DNA from: Camelus dromedarius
Lineage: Eukaryota
NCBI RefSeq assembly: GCF_036321535.1
Contig: NC_087436.1
Span: 24,616,001-24,680,000, forward strand
Direction of reading: 5' to 3'
DNA: 64,000 nt
Under the pieces are notes generated by a model. It did not search any database, was not told where the DNA came from, and worked only from the letters and a program-made list of their open reading frames with translations. Below, one piece after another: positions 47,871-61,110 of the stretch (its first letter is position 1; every line of letters begins with the position of its first letter). Both the position numbers and the translations under genes were made by a program.

Positions 47871-48902
47871 ACAAGGCTGCCTGCAGAAAACCTCAGAGGC
47901 CATCTCTGGTTTGGTGATGACTGTGGAGTTCTGCCTGCCTTTCGATTCCAGCAGGATTCATGGAGGATGTTTCCTTATTTGTTTATTTATTTTTTTGCTA
48001 AGACCCATTATTTATGAGTGCTATGCATCTCTTTTTCTCCAAAGATGAGGTCTATAAAGCCCATATTTGGGCTTCTGTTAGTAAGACATCTTTTTCTCAG
48101 AGTGGTGCTAACATTGCTGGTGGTGAAGCCCTGAGTACAAACCTGTTTTAGGAAAGAAATTCATCTTGTTAGAGGGAGCTGAGTACTTACAAGGCAGATA
48201 ACGTTCTGCAGCTGGCTGAATTGATGAAGAGAGGCACCAGAATTCAGACTAAGCTATTTTTCATTCTTTGAATGAAGTCTATCTTCTGAATTACATGAGC
48301 CATGTGAAGCAGGGAAAGACAGCAATGGTTCTGGAAACAAAAACAGAGTTCTTATCTTTTAATACAGGAGAGAATGCCTCGGGATATTATTATTTGTGAT
48401 TTATGGGGTGCATAGCAATATGACCAGTGTCTCGCCATAGCAGACAGAGGACTCTGACCCTCTGCCTTTGATGAACTCTTGTAGCTTCCCAGGGGCAATT
48501 TTCCACTGCAGAATGGCTGCTGCATTTCAAAAGTTTGACTCAAAAATCATGCAGAATGAGCTGTTAGGAAACTTCAGTCCTGCTATTGACTTATTCTGAC
48601 TTTGTCCAAATTCCTTAAATCTTCTGACCTGTTAGGAAGATCAGTCACACTTGTTATCAATATTTGCTTTTCAAATACCTTGAGATGTGCATTAGCTAAA
48701 TTAGTTTCAACTATTTATGAAAACTCACTTTTCCTCCTGAAGATATGTCAGATTTCACTGAGAAGACCTAAAATGAATAAAACCACGTATACAAACTAAA
48801 TGGAGGTGACTACCGGACCATCCTTTGTAAGGAAGGAGTAGAAGGGAAGGTGGTTTCCTCCCTCCCTCTCTTTCTCTCTCCCTTTCTTCCTTCCTTCTGT
48901 CT

Positions 48903-49340
48903 TTTTAAAAACTTTATTTCAAAATAATACCAGATTTATAGAAAAGTTGCAAAAATAGTATAAATATTTCCCAAATGTTAACATTTTACCACATTTGCCC
49001 CCTTTCTCTATCTATGTATCTCTATCTATGATTTTTTCTGACCCACTTGAGAGTAAGTAGAAGACAAAATAGATGCCCCTTTATGCTTAAATACTTCAGT
49101 GAGTATTCTAAGGATGTTTTCTTATATAACCATAGTACAGTGATCAAAATCAAGCCATTAAATTGACAACACTATTAAATCTATGGACTTTATTCAAGTT
49201 TTGTCAATTGTCTTTATATGTCCTTTATAGTAAGACAAAAAATAATTTTTTTTCGGTCCAGATCCAGACCAGGCTCATGTGTTATACATAGTTGTCCTGT
49301 TTCTTGTCTCATTAACCTAGAGCATCATCTCAATATTTCC
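48903..49340 (-). mobile_element. old L1 (L1MC-like) 3' end
   Basis: Contains AGAAAAGTTGCAAAAATAGTA...TAAATACTTCAGTG...TATAACCATAGTACAGTGATCAAAATCA. Confidence 0.75.
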
Positions 49341-49363
49341 ATCTTTAATAGTGAAGGTAAATT

Positions 49364-50929
49364 TTTAAAAATTGAAGTATAGTTGAAATACAACATTGTG
49401 TTAGTTTCAGGTGTACTACATAATGATTTGACTTTTGCATACATTTTGAAATGATCACAATGACAAGTCTAGTCCATCCTCATACAAAGTTATTGTGATA
49501 TTATTGACTGTGTTTCTTATGCTGTAGATTAGATTCCTATAGCCTGTTTATTGTAACACTGGAGGCTTGTACTTCTTAATCCCCTTCACCTATTTCACCC
49601 ACCTCAAGACCCCTTTTCTCTTCTGGTGACTGTTTGTTCTCTGTATCTGTAAGTGTGTTTCATTTTGTTTTGTTTGTTTTGCTTTTTAGATTCCACACAT
49701 AAGTGAGATCATGTGATATTTGTGTTTCTCTGACTTATTTCACTTAGCCTAATACTCTCTAGATCCATGCATACTGTTGCAAATGGCAATATTTCTTTTT
49801 TTATGGCTGAGTAATATTCCATTATATGTGTGCACATATATATATATATATAGTATAAATACACACATATACATGCATACCACATCTTCTTCATCTATTC
49901 ATCTATTGGTGGACACTTAAGTTTCTTCCATATCTTAGACATTATAAATAATGCTGTAATGAATACTGGAGTGCACATATCTTTTTGAATTAGGGTTTTT
50001 GTTTTCTTTGAGCAAATATCTGGAAGTGAAATTGCTGGATCATATGGCAGTTCTATTTTTAATTTTGGGGGAACCTCCATACTGTTTTCCATAGTGGCTG
50101 CACCAATGTACATTCCTGCCAACAGTGCCTAAGGGTCTCCCTTTCTCCAGATCCTTGCCAACATTTGTTATTTGTTGTCATTTTGATGATAGCCATTCTG
50201 ACAGGTCTGAGGTGGTGTCTTGTGGTTTTGATTTGCATTTTCCTGATGATTAGTGATGTTGAGCATCTTTTTATGTGCCTTTTGGCTATCTGTATGTCTT
50301 CTTTGGAAAAATGTCTATTTTGTCTGATATAAGTATTGCTATTCCAGTTTTCTTTTTGTTTCAATTTGCATGGGATACCTTTTTCCATCCCTTCACTTTC
50401 AGTCTGTGTCTTTAGATCTGAAGTGAGTCTCTTGTAGGCAGCATATATATATACATCTTGTTTTTAAAATCCATTAAAAGCCACTCTGTAGTGTTTTATT
50501 GGAGTATTTTGTTCATTTACATTTAAAGTAATTATTGACAGGTATGTTCTCATTGCCATTTTGTTAATTATTTTCTGATTGTTTTTGTAGTTCTCTTTTC
50601 TTCCTTTCTTCTTTCTTTCCTTCTGATACGTTGACTGTTTCTAGTATTATGTTTGGATTCCTTTCTCTTTGTGTGTGTGTATCTATTATATGTTTTCGGT
50701 TTGTTGTCACCATGAGGTTCATATAAAACAACATGTATCTATATCTGTATCTGTATATAATTATTTTAAGTTGATGCTATCTTAAATGCAAACACATTCT
50801 AACTACCCTACATTTTTACTCTCCCATGCCCATGTTTACTGTTTTTGACATTATGGTTTATATCTTTTTGTGTATTCCTCAACTACTTACTGTGGATATA
50901 GATGATTTTACTACCTTTGTATTTTAAGA
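49364..50929 (-). mobile_element. L1 insertion with a large internal ORF2 deletion
   Basis: TSD GAAGGTAAATT at 49353-49363 and 50930-50940. The ORF2 ATG is at 50559 (MAMRTYLSIITLNVN...ICCLQETHF...[11 protein letters not shown]) and joins directly to the C-terminal RHFSKEDIQ...KCWQG segment and the 3' UTR. Confidence 0.93.
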
Positions 50930-51089
50930 GAAGGTAAATTCTTGACCTTATGAGATGTCATAGAATTTGGATAGACAAATACTACTTTATTTTAACAAGC
51001 ACCCATAGAATGCAGCTAGGAAGTCTCAAGGTTGATTTCTAAGAATATTGAAGTTGGTTTTCAAGGTTATAAAAAAAGACACAATTATT

Positions 51090-51335
51090 ATAAAAATTAA
51101 AATAATTCAAAAATGAATTGTCAAAATAAGAGTCATCATTTCAACCTTACTTTCACTCAAGAGTAAATACCATTAGAGATTTTTGTACATTTTTCAGATC
51201 TTTTACTATGCTCATAAAATATGTACATTTATAACTTGTGTTTGTGTTTTAATAAAAATGAGATTATACCATATATATTGTTCTATAACTTTCTTTTAGA
51301 AAAATTAGTAAGTCATTGGCACCTTTCCCTGTCAG
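51090..51335 (-). mobile_element. ancient L1 (L1ME-like) 3' fragment
   Basis: Contains AAAAATGAGATTATACCATATATATTGTTCTATAACTT. Confidence 0.5.
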
Positions 51336-54300
51336 GCTATGCAAGTCTTGAGGATACACTTTTAGCATCTCTGCTGGGAAAGCCTGAACCTCAGAGTTTT
51401 TTGTCTTGCTTGAAGTCTTCCATCTTGCTTTTGGTGGTAACTTTGTTTTACTGATAAGCTTGAAAGTGGGCTTGTGCACTGGGAGAGATCATTCCATGTT
51501 CAAGCACACAAGTAGAGTTTGGGGAACAAACTCTTTTTTGGATTCTTGACCCTTTCTCCCCTTCTCTTTCATGATACCCTCAGATACTTCCCTTAATTTA
51601 TTGGCTTCTCATGGAGGACATCATTACGGTGGCTGCCACCTAGGAAGGCTTGATCACAACTTGGGTAATACAGCTTTATATTATATATTATATAGTATAA
51701 TGTTGACCCATTTCAAAGGTCAAAATGAAATATGAAAAAAGGTTTAAAATGTCACTTTCAATTCATTAAAATCTGTCTCTTTGGCACTGAAACTAGAGTT
51801 CATGATTACATGACATTATATACCCACACATATATATCTCAGTACTCACGCATGCACGCACACATTTTGTACAAGTTTTTGTGATCGCATATCTGGGCAT
51901 CATCCCCATGGGTGTTAATTTCTAACTGTTTAGATACTCTTTCTCATCTGTATCCCAGATTAGAAGTGCAGCTGTTCTCCAGTCTTAGACATACTTGCTT
52001 GATCTTGGAATGACATTAGGGGGTTTCTTGCAACTGTTTTGCTGAGATCGTTAAGAAAATCAGTCTTAATGATTAGTTTAGGCTAGTTTTCCTTTGGTTC
52101 TTGAGTGGACTTTCTCTGGACCTTTCTGACCTTTAACTCTATTCATTCTTTGCTTATCCTGACCTTACAGTGCCTTTAAATCCCAGAGGGCAACTAGACA
52201 GTGATGATCTAAAGTTATTTATGAGCTTGATGGCTGTATTAGAGGTTTTCCCATTTTGCCTCTCTCCCTGCAGCCTTTAACCTGAAAGCACTTTGGAACA
52301 GGGTCTGTTTTCCTATAACTGCCTTCTTGCACTTGTTGGGCAAAATCAGAGCAGTGATTGAGTCTTCAGCACCCTTATGGCACTGCAGAGTGATAACATT
52401 TATCACACTTCTTGTTTAAGCCCTTTAGAGAATGACATTTCACAGTGTAATTTTGCTTCACAGATTTTTCCCTTGTGAGTTTTAACTTTCAGGGTAGAAT
52501 TCTCTCTTATGGCTTCACCTTCTTCCTATTTTGTGTATCTGTGAGAAGTTGCACAAATCAGCCTCCTCTCAGCATAGCAAATGGAATCAGGTCACGCTCC
52601 CACATGCCCTTCACCTCGAGATTCCTGATGGTTTCTTCCTTATTTGTCGTGAGCAGGCCCAAATTGCCTCACCTCTAGCTGCCCTTTCCACTTTATGAAA
52701 CAAGCAACTAATAGCAACACAGCTCTAAAAATTCCCAGATGACCTGCATTTTGCTCTTTTTATTATCCCTTAAGAAATGTCTCTGTAATTGAAATCTAGA
52801 GCAGCAGGGTTTTGTGATCTTGTCATTTAGCATTTTACTTATGTTTGGTTTATTCATACTGTGCCTTTAAACCCCAAGTGGTCAAAGTCTGCCTAAGGGA
52901 CCTAAAGAAATGAAACCAAAAATATCATCGTTAATTCAAAGGCAAGAAGCTAAGCAGAGGTCTTGGTGTCCACAGTTGTTTGGGAGTCAGAAGGAGGAAA
53001 AGGAGGAGAAAAATGCTGGGACATTTCAGTAGGTAGCAGCAGAGAGAGGCAAGACATCTATGCCAAGATTTATACTGCATGCTACATTTTATTTATTTGT
53101 GGGGACATGGGTATCTGTTTTTGTCCCTCTCCAGTAATTTATCAGTGAGTTCATCTTGATTTAGTAGTGCACAGAGGACCCCCAGTGCTAATTCCCCTTT
53201 ATTTCCTATATTTCTTTTGCCTTAACTCATAAAGCTTCAGCGTCGCGACTTCCTTTATCATCCATCTGTATTTCATTGTAAGTCCAACTTGTTTTGATCT
53301 ATAGCACGAGCCCTCTTTCCCCACCTCTTTGTCCTCTCTTCACAGATTGCATTCCTCAGTATTGACATTTCAGTCATTTGATTTATCCCAACAGGTTCCC
53401 TGATACCAACCAGGTCATAATTCCCTACCATCACTTCAGGATCTTCCTAGTTATTTCCCTGGGCTCCTAGTATTTGTGGATCGGCACCTAAGAGATTTAC
53501 TGATGATTTATCTCCTCTTTTAGGTTTTTGTTTGCTTAGATCCAAACCACAGGTGGTAACTTAGAAGGCCTGAGGATATCTGGAATTATATGAAATGAGA
53601 GCTTTGTTCTGCTTGGTAGGGAGTGCTGGAATGTTCTATCACAAGCATCGTCACAGAAGGGCCATTTCTGGAATTGCTTTAAAAGGAAAAGTTCTACAGC
53701 TTTTGTAAATCAAATGCCATCTACCCCATCTCCATGAGAGCTTCTAGATGGAGAGAGTTGGATCATCAGTTTTCAAAGCAGATGTTCTTTTAAAAAGAGG
53801 AGCACACCTATAAGAAACTCATTATGAATTTTAGTTGGAAGGGAGTAGAATACTTTTTCCATTGTGTCCTTCCTTTTTCATTGGTACTATATTTTCGGGA
53901 TCAGAGCCACACACACGAACACAGCTGGACACACGTTTAACAAAGAGAGAGACATAAGAGAGAGAAAGAGAAAAATTTCCCTTTTGTGAATTTTCATGAT
54001 ATTGGCATTAAAATATTGAATGCTGCATTACCACGAGACCTTCAACTGTCCTGATTTACCTTAGTGACATCTATTTCTCAAGTCAGACAAGAGAAAGCTG
54101 TGCAGAATTATTATTATTTGGTCGTTTTAACTTTCTGTAAATAGTTCTTATGATTCCACATGGAGAGAGGTTTTGTGGCTTGTGTATAATATATTAGAAA
54201 TTGAGAATCTTGGGAAAAGTAGCCTTGTCCTTAAATTGACTATAATCTAGGATTTTCACCATTATTTAAAATTATAATGCTGTGAAGGGCACTCACAATT

Positions 54301-55573
54301 CTCTATTGCTTTACTCTGTGAAGCATGTGGGGCTGGGGTCTTTCAGGGCTGTTCTACTTGGGGTCTGTGAAGGTGATCCCAGGTCATATCATGGTGGTGG
54401 ATAGAGGACTTTCTGCCTATGGGTAGGGATGCCCATCAACACCTCTGCTGCGACCACCGTCTCCATCCCCTGCCATTTGCCACACATTGACCATATGACA
54501 CTGTGGGGTCTACTTTTCCATTGTTCTCTCATCTGTAAAATAAAGGAGCTTGAGGAGTCTCCCAGTCCTAAAATCAAATTAAAAATGGGCTTCTATTGCA
54601 GTTGGAGGGGTTTGGGCAACTATGAGGAAGAATTTCCTGATGCTGACGATGTCAGATTGCTTGAATGCTTGTATAATGACATTCTCAACTGACCTTAAAA
54701 AATATTTTAATCTCTGTCAGATACCTGAAGGCAGAGGAAAGAACCCTTTGACATCAGGTCCATAACTCAGTTTCTGTAGTAGGGGGAACCATAACAGGTA
54801 ATACCAGTTTGTAATTTCTGATAATGGTACATGGATCTCTGCCCGACATTAATGTTGTATTGATTAAAAAATGTTCCTGGAACCCTATGAAATGGATCAA
54901 AGCTGATAGAATGACTAAGTAAATAACAGCAAAGCAGTGACCAAAAATGTCAAGAGAAAAAAGCACGGAGGGGTGGAAATCCTAACGAAGAATATATGTT
55001 TAACATCCGAGGTAAATAATAAAAAGTCAAATTAATTTACTTACAAAGTTCATTGTTGAAAAGGAACAATAATTATTTTAAAAAAGGAAAAAAGTAGCAT
55101 TAAAAGCTCATCTTTGAACAAGAGACAACATGGAATAAGATCTGAGACGACAAAGGGAAAAATAGTATTATTTTTTTTCCAGACATCAGGAAGTAAAGTC
55201 ATAGGGAAATGTGACCTGTATGTCTGAAAGGTCTACATTTCTTACCTGGCACCAGGGTTAAAAATAATACATACATGCCTATAAGAATCACCAAGTAGAG
55301 TGCAGTAGAAGAAACAACATTTGTCCCTAATCTCCAACATTTAGAATCATTTCTATATATCCCACTAATTCTTACCAATTGGATTCATAGGGTATTATGA
55401 AGAATTTAATTTTCCTATTATAATAGCATATAGACCCTGAAATTAGGAATATGCTGCAGGCATTGACTGAAAATGCATAGACTGATGGCGTTTAATAAGA
55501 ATGGAAGACAAGATTTAAAAACAAAACAGACTCCTAAGTGTTGAGCTATGACTTCTCAAAACAGTTTCTCACA

Positions 55574-55747
55574 AGGAGAAGTGGGTAGCTCAGTGGTAGA
55601 GCATGTGCTTAGCAAGCATGAGGTCTGAGTTCAATCCCCAGTACTGCCATTAAAGATAAGTAAATAAACCTAATTACCTTCCCCCACTAAAAAAAAGAAA
55701 CGACAAAGTGACAAAAAAAAAAAAAACAAAAAACAAAAAACACACAA
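55574..55747 (+). mobile_element. tRNA-Ala-derived SINE (Vic-1-like)
   Basis: Head TAGCTCAGTGGTAGAGCATGTGCTTAGCA...GTTCAATCCCCAGTAC with a long A-rich tail. TSD AAAACA[GT/CC]TTCTCACA at 55558-55573 and 55748-55763. Confidence 0.9.
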
Positions 55748-57845
55748 AAAACACCTTCTCACAGATTTTCTTTTTAAGGGCTGAGAGAGAAGTACTGATT
55801 CACCATTTATCAGGGGCATAATTTATCTGCACTGATTAAAATGATCAAGAATGCAATGACAGCTCTTTATATCCCAGATAAATGCTTCCTTTGTGCTTTT
55901 CAGACAAGAATTTCTGATATGACATGGGAAATGCTGAAGAAGTCAGTCTTTAGGGTGTGTTTTTATCCAGGAGATGGCTTGAGATGGATTAATGGCAAAT
56001 CACAATAAATTATTTATCAGATAATAGGTGTGATGATTGTTCTTATTTATCATCAGTATAACTTGCCTTGTTCTCCTGTCATACTTTCAATCAAGCCCTC
56101 CCCAAAGATTTGCTGGTTAAAATATACAGCCAAGAGGTCATTCCAAACAATTTTTACTCATAATGGCACCCTGATTATCTCCTAATTGAAAAATGTAAAC
56201 TAGGAGCTCTGTAAGTAATGTGAGTGACCCTTGCCTTTCTAACACAATGAGGAGAGTCATTCCTTACCTCATTCATCCTACCTTGGGGAACAGCACAATT
56301 TTCAGTAATTTTGATGGTCTCCTGAATTAATTGGAAATAACTCTTTTGTTTTCTATGGAGAAGGAAAAAAACCCCCACGTACCCAAGTTTGCTGAAAAAG
56401 TACAGATGTAAAATACCACTCACTATCTACCGTCCTGCTGGCAGCTAATCCATTGAAGCTTAATTGTAATTATCCAGCAGGTCTGGGGCCAGGGAGGAAT
56501 ACTGATTACCGCTACGTGCGTTTCTGTGGGCAAGACTGTGTATTGAGCCTGTTGCAAAGTTTCAAGGAAATTTATTTCTACCGGCAGCTGTAATGGATCA
56601 TTGGTCATGGACTATTTCTGGACTTGGTGCAATGGGAGAAAATAATTCCAACTTATTCATGCAGAATTTCTCAAATGGTTGCCCTTGTTATGAAAGGAGT
56701 CAGACACACACTCAGGCATCCCACACTCTTGCATCAGAGATTGTCCAGATGGTCCTGAGTTATTTTACTATGGTTTACCTGTTCTCCCAGAAATCCATCC
56801 TCAGCTAAGCAGCCCAGTCAGGGTTTCCTAAACTTCCTTAATGGGAACAGTGGCTACATTGAGCAACTAAATCTACATACTTCTCTGTGTCTCTTCCCTC
56901 CCTCTCTCACTTTTCCTCAGCTGTCCTCCTTTCTTCGCCCCTCACTTGTTCTGGGTAGGACCCCAAGGTCATAGCTCAGATAGGACCTTCTTCTAATGTA
57001 CCACTGCCCTCTGAGGTGCATCCTGTCACACAGCTCACAGCCTCTTTAGGGCATGCTGCTCTGACGTGACTCTCTGAACCTTGCCCAATTCACGTGTCGG
57101 TTTCTTTCAAGTCAGTCTACTTCTCCTGTACCATCTGGGGATTTTCACACGTTTGGTTGGCTCACCATCTTTCTAAAGTTGCTCAGCATCCTTCAAGGCT
57201 CCCATCTCCAGGGCTCCTACTGATGCCCGAGGCCATGCCTTCTACATCCACTTCCTCTGATCGTGTTATCTTGGCTCCAGCCCTCCTTGCTTCTGATCAT
57301 GTTTCACATCTCTGCACAGCTCTCTTCAGATCCTTTGCATTGTTTCTCTTATTCTCAATCTTGTCCTCATCCTTGGAAACCATTCAATTCCTCTTTCCTA
57401 ATATTCCACGTGGACGAGCTGGATTTATGTCTACTTGCTTAGCTAAGTTAGTATAAAAGCCTTGATCCTCTGCTTTACCCCATAGTGGGGTTTAGACAAT
57501 ATCAGTGTCTCTCCCATAGCAGAGGCCACTTTCTGACTCTCAGTAATATGGTCCTGTTTTCCAAAAGGATCTTGATAGCTATCTCTTTGATTTTATCAGT
57601 TCATCGAGAATTTGCCTTGCCCCATCTAGGAAACAGAAGTTTTTCATGAACTGGGTAGTGATAGCATATTCTTAGAATGCCAGACAGAGCTCTTTTGGTC
57701 CTAGTACTGATTGCGATTCAGTGACTCCAACCCTGTGTATAAGGCAGACAGCTCTTTTGGTGATCAAATATTTTGAACCCCTAAGTTAGGACACATGGAT
57801 GAAGAACAGGTCAGAATATTTGAAATCTTGAAAAATCTAGGATGC

Positions 57846-58349
57846 TGTATTAATGATCTATTGCTGTGTAATAAACTACCCCCAAACTTAGTGGCTTAAA
57901 ACAATATACATTTATTACCTCACATAGTTTTTGTGGGTCAAGAATTTGGGTGCAGTTTAGCTGAGTGGTATTGGCTCAGGGTCTTTTATGGGGGTGCAGT
58001 TAAGATATTAGCTGAGGTTACAGTTATCTGAAGGGTTAACTTGGTGCTTCTAAGAAGACTCATTGACATGGCTGTAGGACTCTTCTTCACCACATGGGTC
58101 TCTCCGTAGGGCTGCCTGAGTGTTCTCACAAGATGTCAGCTGGCTTCCCCCAGAGCAAGGGATCCAAAACAGCAAGTTAGAAGGTGTAATGTCTTATATG
58201 ACCTAGCCTTGGAGGTTGCACCCCATTATTTCCACAGTATCCTATTAGTTACATAAGTCAGCCCTATTTATTGTGGGAGGGGACCATCCAAGGGCAGGAT
58301 ATTGGGGAGCAGGGATTATTGGGGACCATCTTGGAGGCTGGCTACCAAA
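57846..58349 (-). mobile_element. MaLR solo LTR, MLT1F-like
   Basis: Contains TGTATTA..ATCTATTGCTGTGTAATAAACTACCCCCAAACTTAGTGGCTTAAAACAA...GGGGACCATCTTGGAGGCTGGCTACCA. Confidence 0.85.
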
Positions 58350-58565
58350 AATGTGTAGACTCTTATTGTGCCTTATTCTGCCCTTGTTATCCTTCCAACT
58401 GTGTTTGGAAGGTGATGAAGTGCGTTGTACCTTGCCCAGCTCAACTGGAAGAGACACTGGGGTATATTAATTCTTTGAGCACTTGAGTCAGAAAACAAAG
58501 GCACCATCACGGTTAAAGTCATGTTTTGATTCATTTTCTCTTTTGTTCTCTCTTCCACCAACCTT

Positions 58566-58817
58566 GGTGTTTCCCAATGTGTATTACCCAGAGTACTAGT
58601 CCTGTCAAGTGCTCTACCAAAAATTATTTTGCAGTCAAGCTCAGAGATTCACAATTTTCATGATGACTCTGAGAATTCTTGCGATGGAGATACTTGTTTC
58701 ACTTTGTTTAACCCAACATTTCTCAAGTTTATTTGTCCACAGATTCAAAAATTTTGTCATAGCTAAAATCATCCTCCAAACATAGTGTTTTCTAAAATAT
58801 ACATTTTGAAACCTGGG
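58566..58817. mobile_element. old hAT-Charlie-type MITE (MER103-like)
   Basis: Contains GTTTCCCAATGTGT...ACTTTGTTTAACCCAACATTTCTCAAGTTTATTTG...TTTTGAAAC, with degenerate inverted ends. Confidence 0.5.
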
Positions 58818-60059
58818 TCTAGAGAGTTAGATGTCCATAACCAATATTATTCCCGAACAGATTTAAGATGGTTGCAATATAAGAGCAGTACGTTGAACCT
58901 AACTGGAGTCCTATAGCTGAGGATGCTCCTTAGACTGAAGCCCTTGAAGGGCAATCTTGTATCCACAATACCTAACTCAGTACCTAAATCTGTTTGTTTG
59001 CTGGGGAACCCTCAATCAGCTGTCCCCTTTACTATGCTCTAAGAGCATGTACGTTGATGTTTCTTTACTCCTGTATGAAATCTCTATTGAAAACTGGCCC
59101 TCAAAGTCTTTCAAAGAGTGTTAACCCCCTTTCCCCTAGAGGAGAAAATTTTCGCCATATAAACTCCAAGAAGCATTGCATTGCTGAGATTAAGCATCTC
59201 TTAGCTGGTGTATTTTATGGCTGAATTGTTTGTCTTGGTATGTAAGCCTCTGGGGCATAACCATTTCTTCTTATGAGTCTGGTAGAGCACAGAGCACACC
59301 GTCAGCACTCAACTCAAAATAAATCATCATAATAATAGTCATAAACATAAATCAAGGGAGCACAATTCAGCTTATTTATAGCCTTACAGGAGAAGCACAA
59401 TGGAGAAAGTGCAGTTATTTTCCATCATATTATCCTATATCATTTCCAAGCAAAATGTCATATTGTCCACTGGTGTGTAACCAGGTAATGAAGGATTCTG
59501 GTGTAACCCGCAAATTCCGTGAGGCCAGAGTTAAATGATGTGAGGCTAGAAGCTCACATTTCCTAAGTTTCTGTAATTAAAATCTGAATTTCTAGGGCTT
59601 ATTAAGGTAATATTTAACATATAATTATCTTGACATTTTAAAAGGGAAAAGTGTTTAAGACAAATTATGTAGTAATATTTAATCACAAAAATCTACTGGT
59701 TCTGCTCATTTTTTCGAAGGTCTGTTCTCTGATTTCAAAGGTGAAAGCTTAACTCTTAGTAAAGATTTTAATCTAATGTTTAATCTAATGGATAATAGTG
59801 GATTAGTTAGTGGGTTATCCCTCCCATATAATATACAAGGTGCTTTTATCACATTGAAATCTGGGTCAGTCTTACAATTGGGTTTGTCATTCTATCTGAT
59901 TGAATATCAAACTCTAGTAACCACTTTTTCTACTTTTTTTTTTTTAAACTTCAGAGATTTGGAAAACACACCTACACAGGCACACACACACATACCCATA
60001 TCATCCTCCCCACTCACATATAAGTGAAAATAATCCCAGATATATCCACCATCAAGCAA

Positions 60060-61110
60060 GGCACTTGAACATTTTGATAGATTTCTTTTCAGGCTTTTTC
60101 CTAAGCATCAACTTAAAAAAAATACCCAAGTAACACATGACTGTACTTTCCTTTTTTGTCTTTTATGAAAACATTTCAGATAAAACTGAATTCCTTTTCA
60201 GTAACCATCTAAGTTCCCCCCCTCCCTTTTTGGTAGTATTCATAATCATGAGTTTGGTTTACTGTTCTTCCAGGTGGTTGTCTTTTGCACTAACATAAAT
60301 ACATATGTATTTCTATGAAATGTATAGGATTGTTTTATAACATGAAAGGCATTATGTTTACATTATATTTTATGCTTTTTATGCAAATTACTTTAAAACA
60401 AAACTATCTGTGGTGATGTGCACACACATCCAAGCACACTTTAGTGTATTCATTTTATCTGTTATGTAATATTCCACCTCTTAAATATACAACGTTTTAC
60501 TTAACAATTTCATGATTTTATGTTGCAATGAACATCTTTGCACACACTAGAGTGTTTTTTATTTTTTTAACTTTTTTTATTGATTTATAATCATTTTACA
60601 ATGTTGTGTCAAATTCCAGTGTTCAGCACAATGTTTCAGTCATACATGGACATATACACACTCATTGTCACATTTTTTTCTCTGTGAGCTACCATAACAT
60701 TTTGTGTATATTTCCCTGTGCTATACAGTATAATCTTGTTTATCTATTCTACAATTTTGAAGTCCCAGTCTATCCCTTCCCACCCTCTGCCCCACTAGAG
60801 TGCTTTTTAAAAAATGAGTAAATATCTAGAAATTTAAAATCTGGATCACAGCTATGAATACTTTTTATTTTAACAGGAGGCGCAAAGTGAATGTTCTAAC
60901 TGATAGAGTCACCACTGGTAAGTTGATCCTCTCTCTGTAAAATCTTGCCAATGCACTGTATTCTCAAACCACATTAACATTTCTTCTTATCTGATTGGTA
61001 TAAAATATGACTAGTGATTTAGTTTGCATTTCCATGGTTATTAGTGAGGGCAGACTTATTGTTATATGTTTTTGGGCCATTTGTATTTCCTCTTCAATAA
61101 ATTGCCTCTT
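60060..61110 (-). mobile_element. ancient L1 (L1ME-like) 3' region, interrupted by a young L1
   Basis: Contains TAATATTCCAC, TGCAATGAACATCTTTGCACACA and TTTGCATTTCCATGGTTATTAGTGAGG. The ORF track shows RQFIEEEIQMAQKH..EMQTK. Confidence 0.65.
60561..60792 (-). mobile_element. young, short 5'-truncated L1
   Basis: L1 3' end TTTATTGATTTATAATCATTTTACAATGTTGTGTCAAATTCCAGTG. TSD CACTAGAGTG[T/C]TTTTT at 60545-60560 and 60793-60808. Confidence 0.9.

Noticed and set aside
54860..55330. A-rich stretch that might be an ancient transposon coding relic
   Set aside because: I could not match it to any family or recover a peptide motif by eye. It needs nhmmer against Dfam.
57681..57761. Imperfect direct repeat CAGACA(GA)GCTCTTTTGGT x2
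   Set aside because: Only two short copies and no associated structure. Probably a local duplication or chance.
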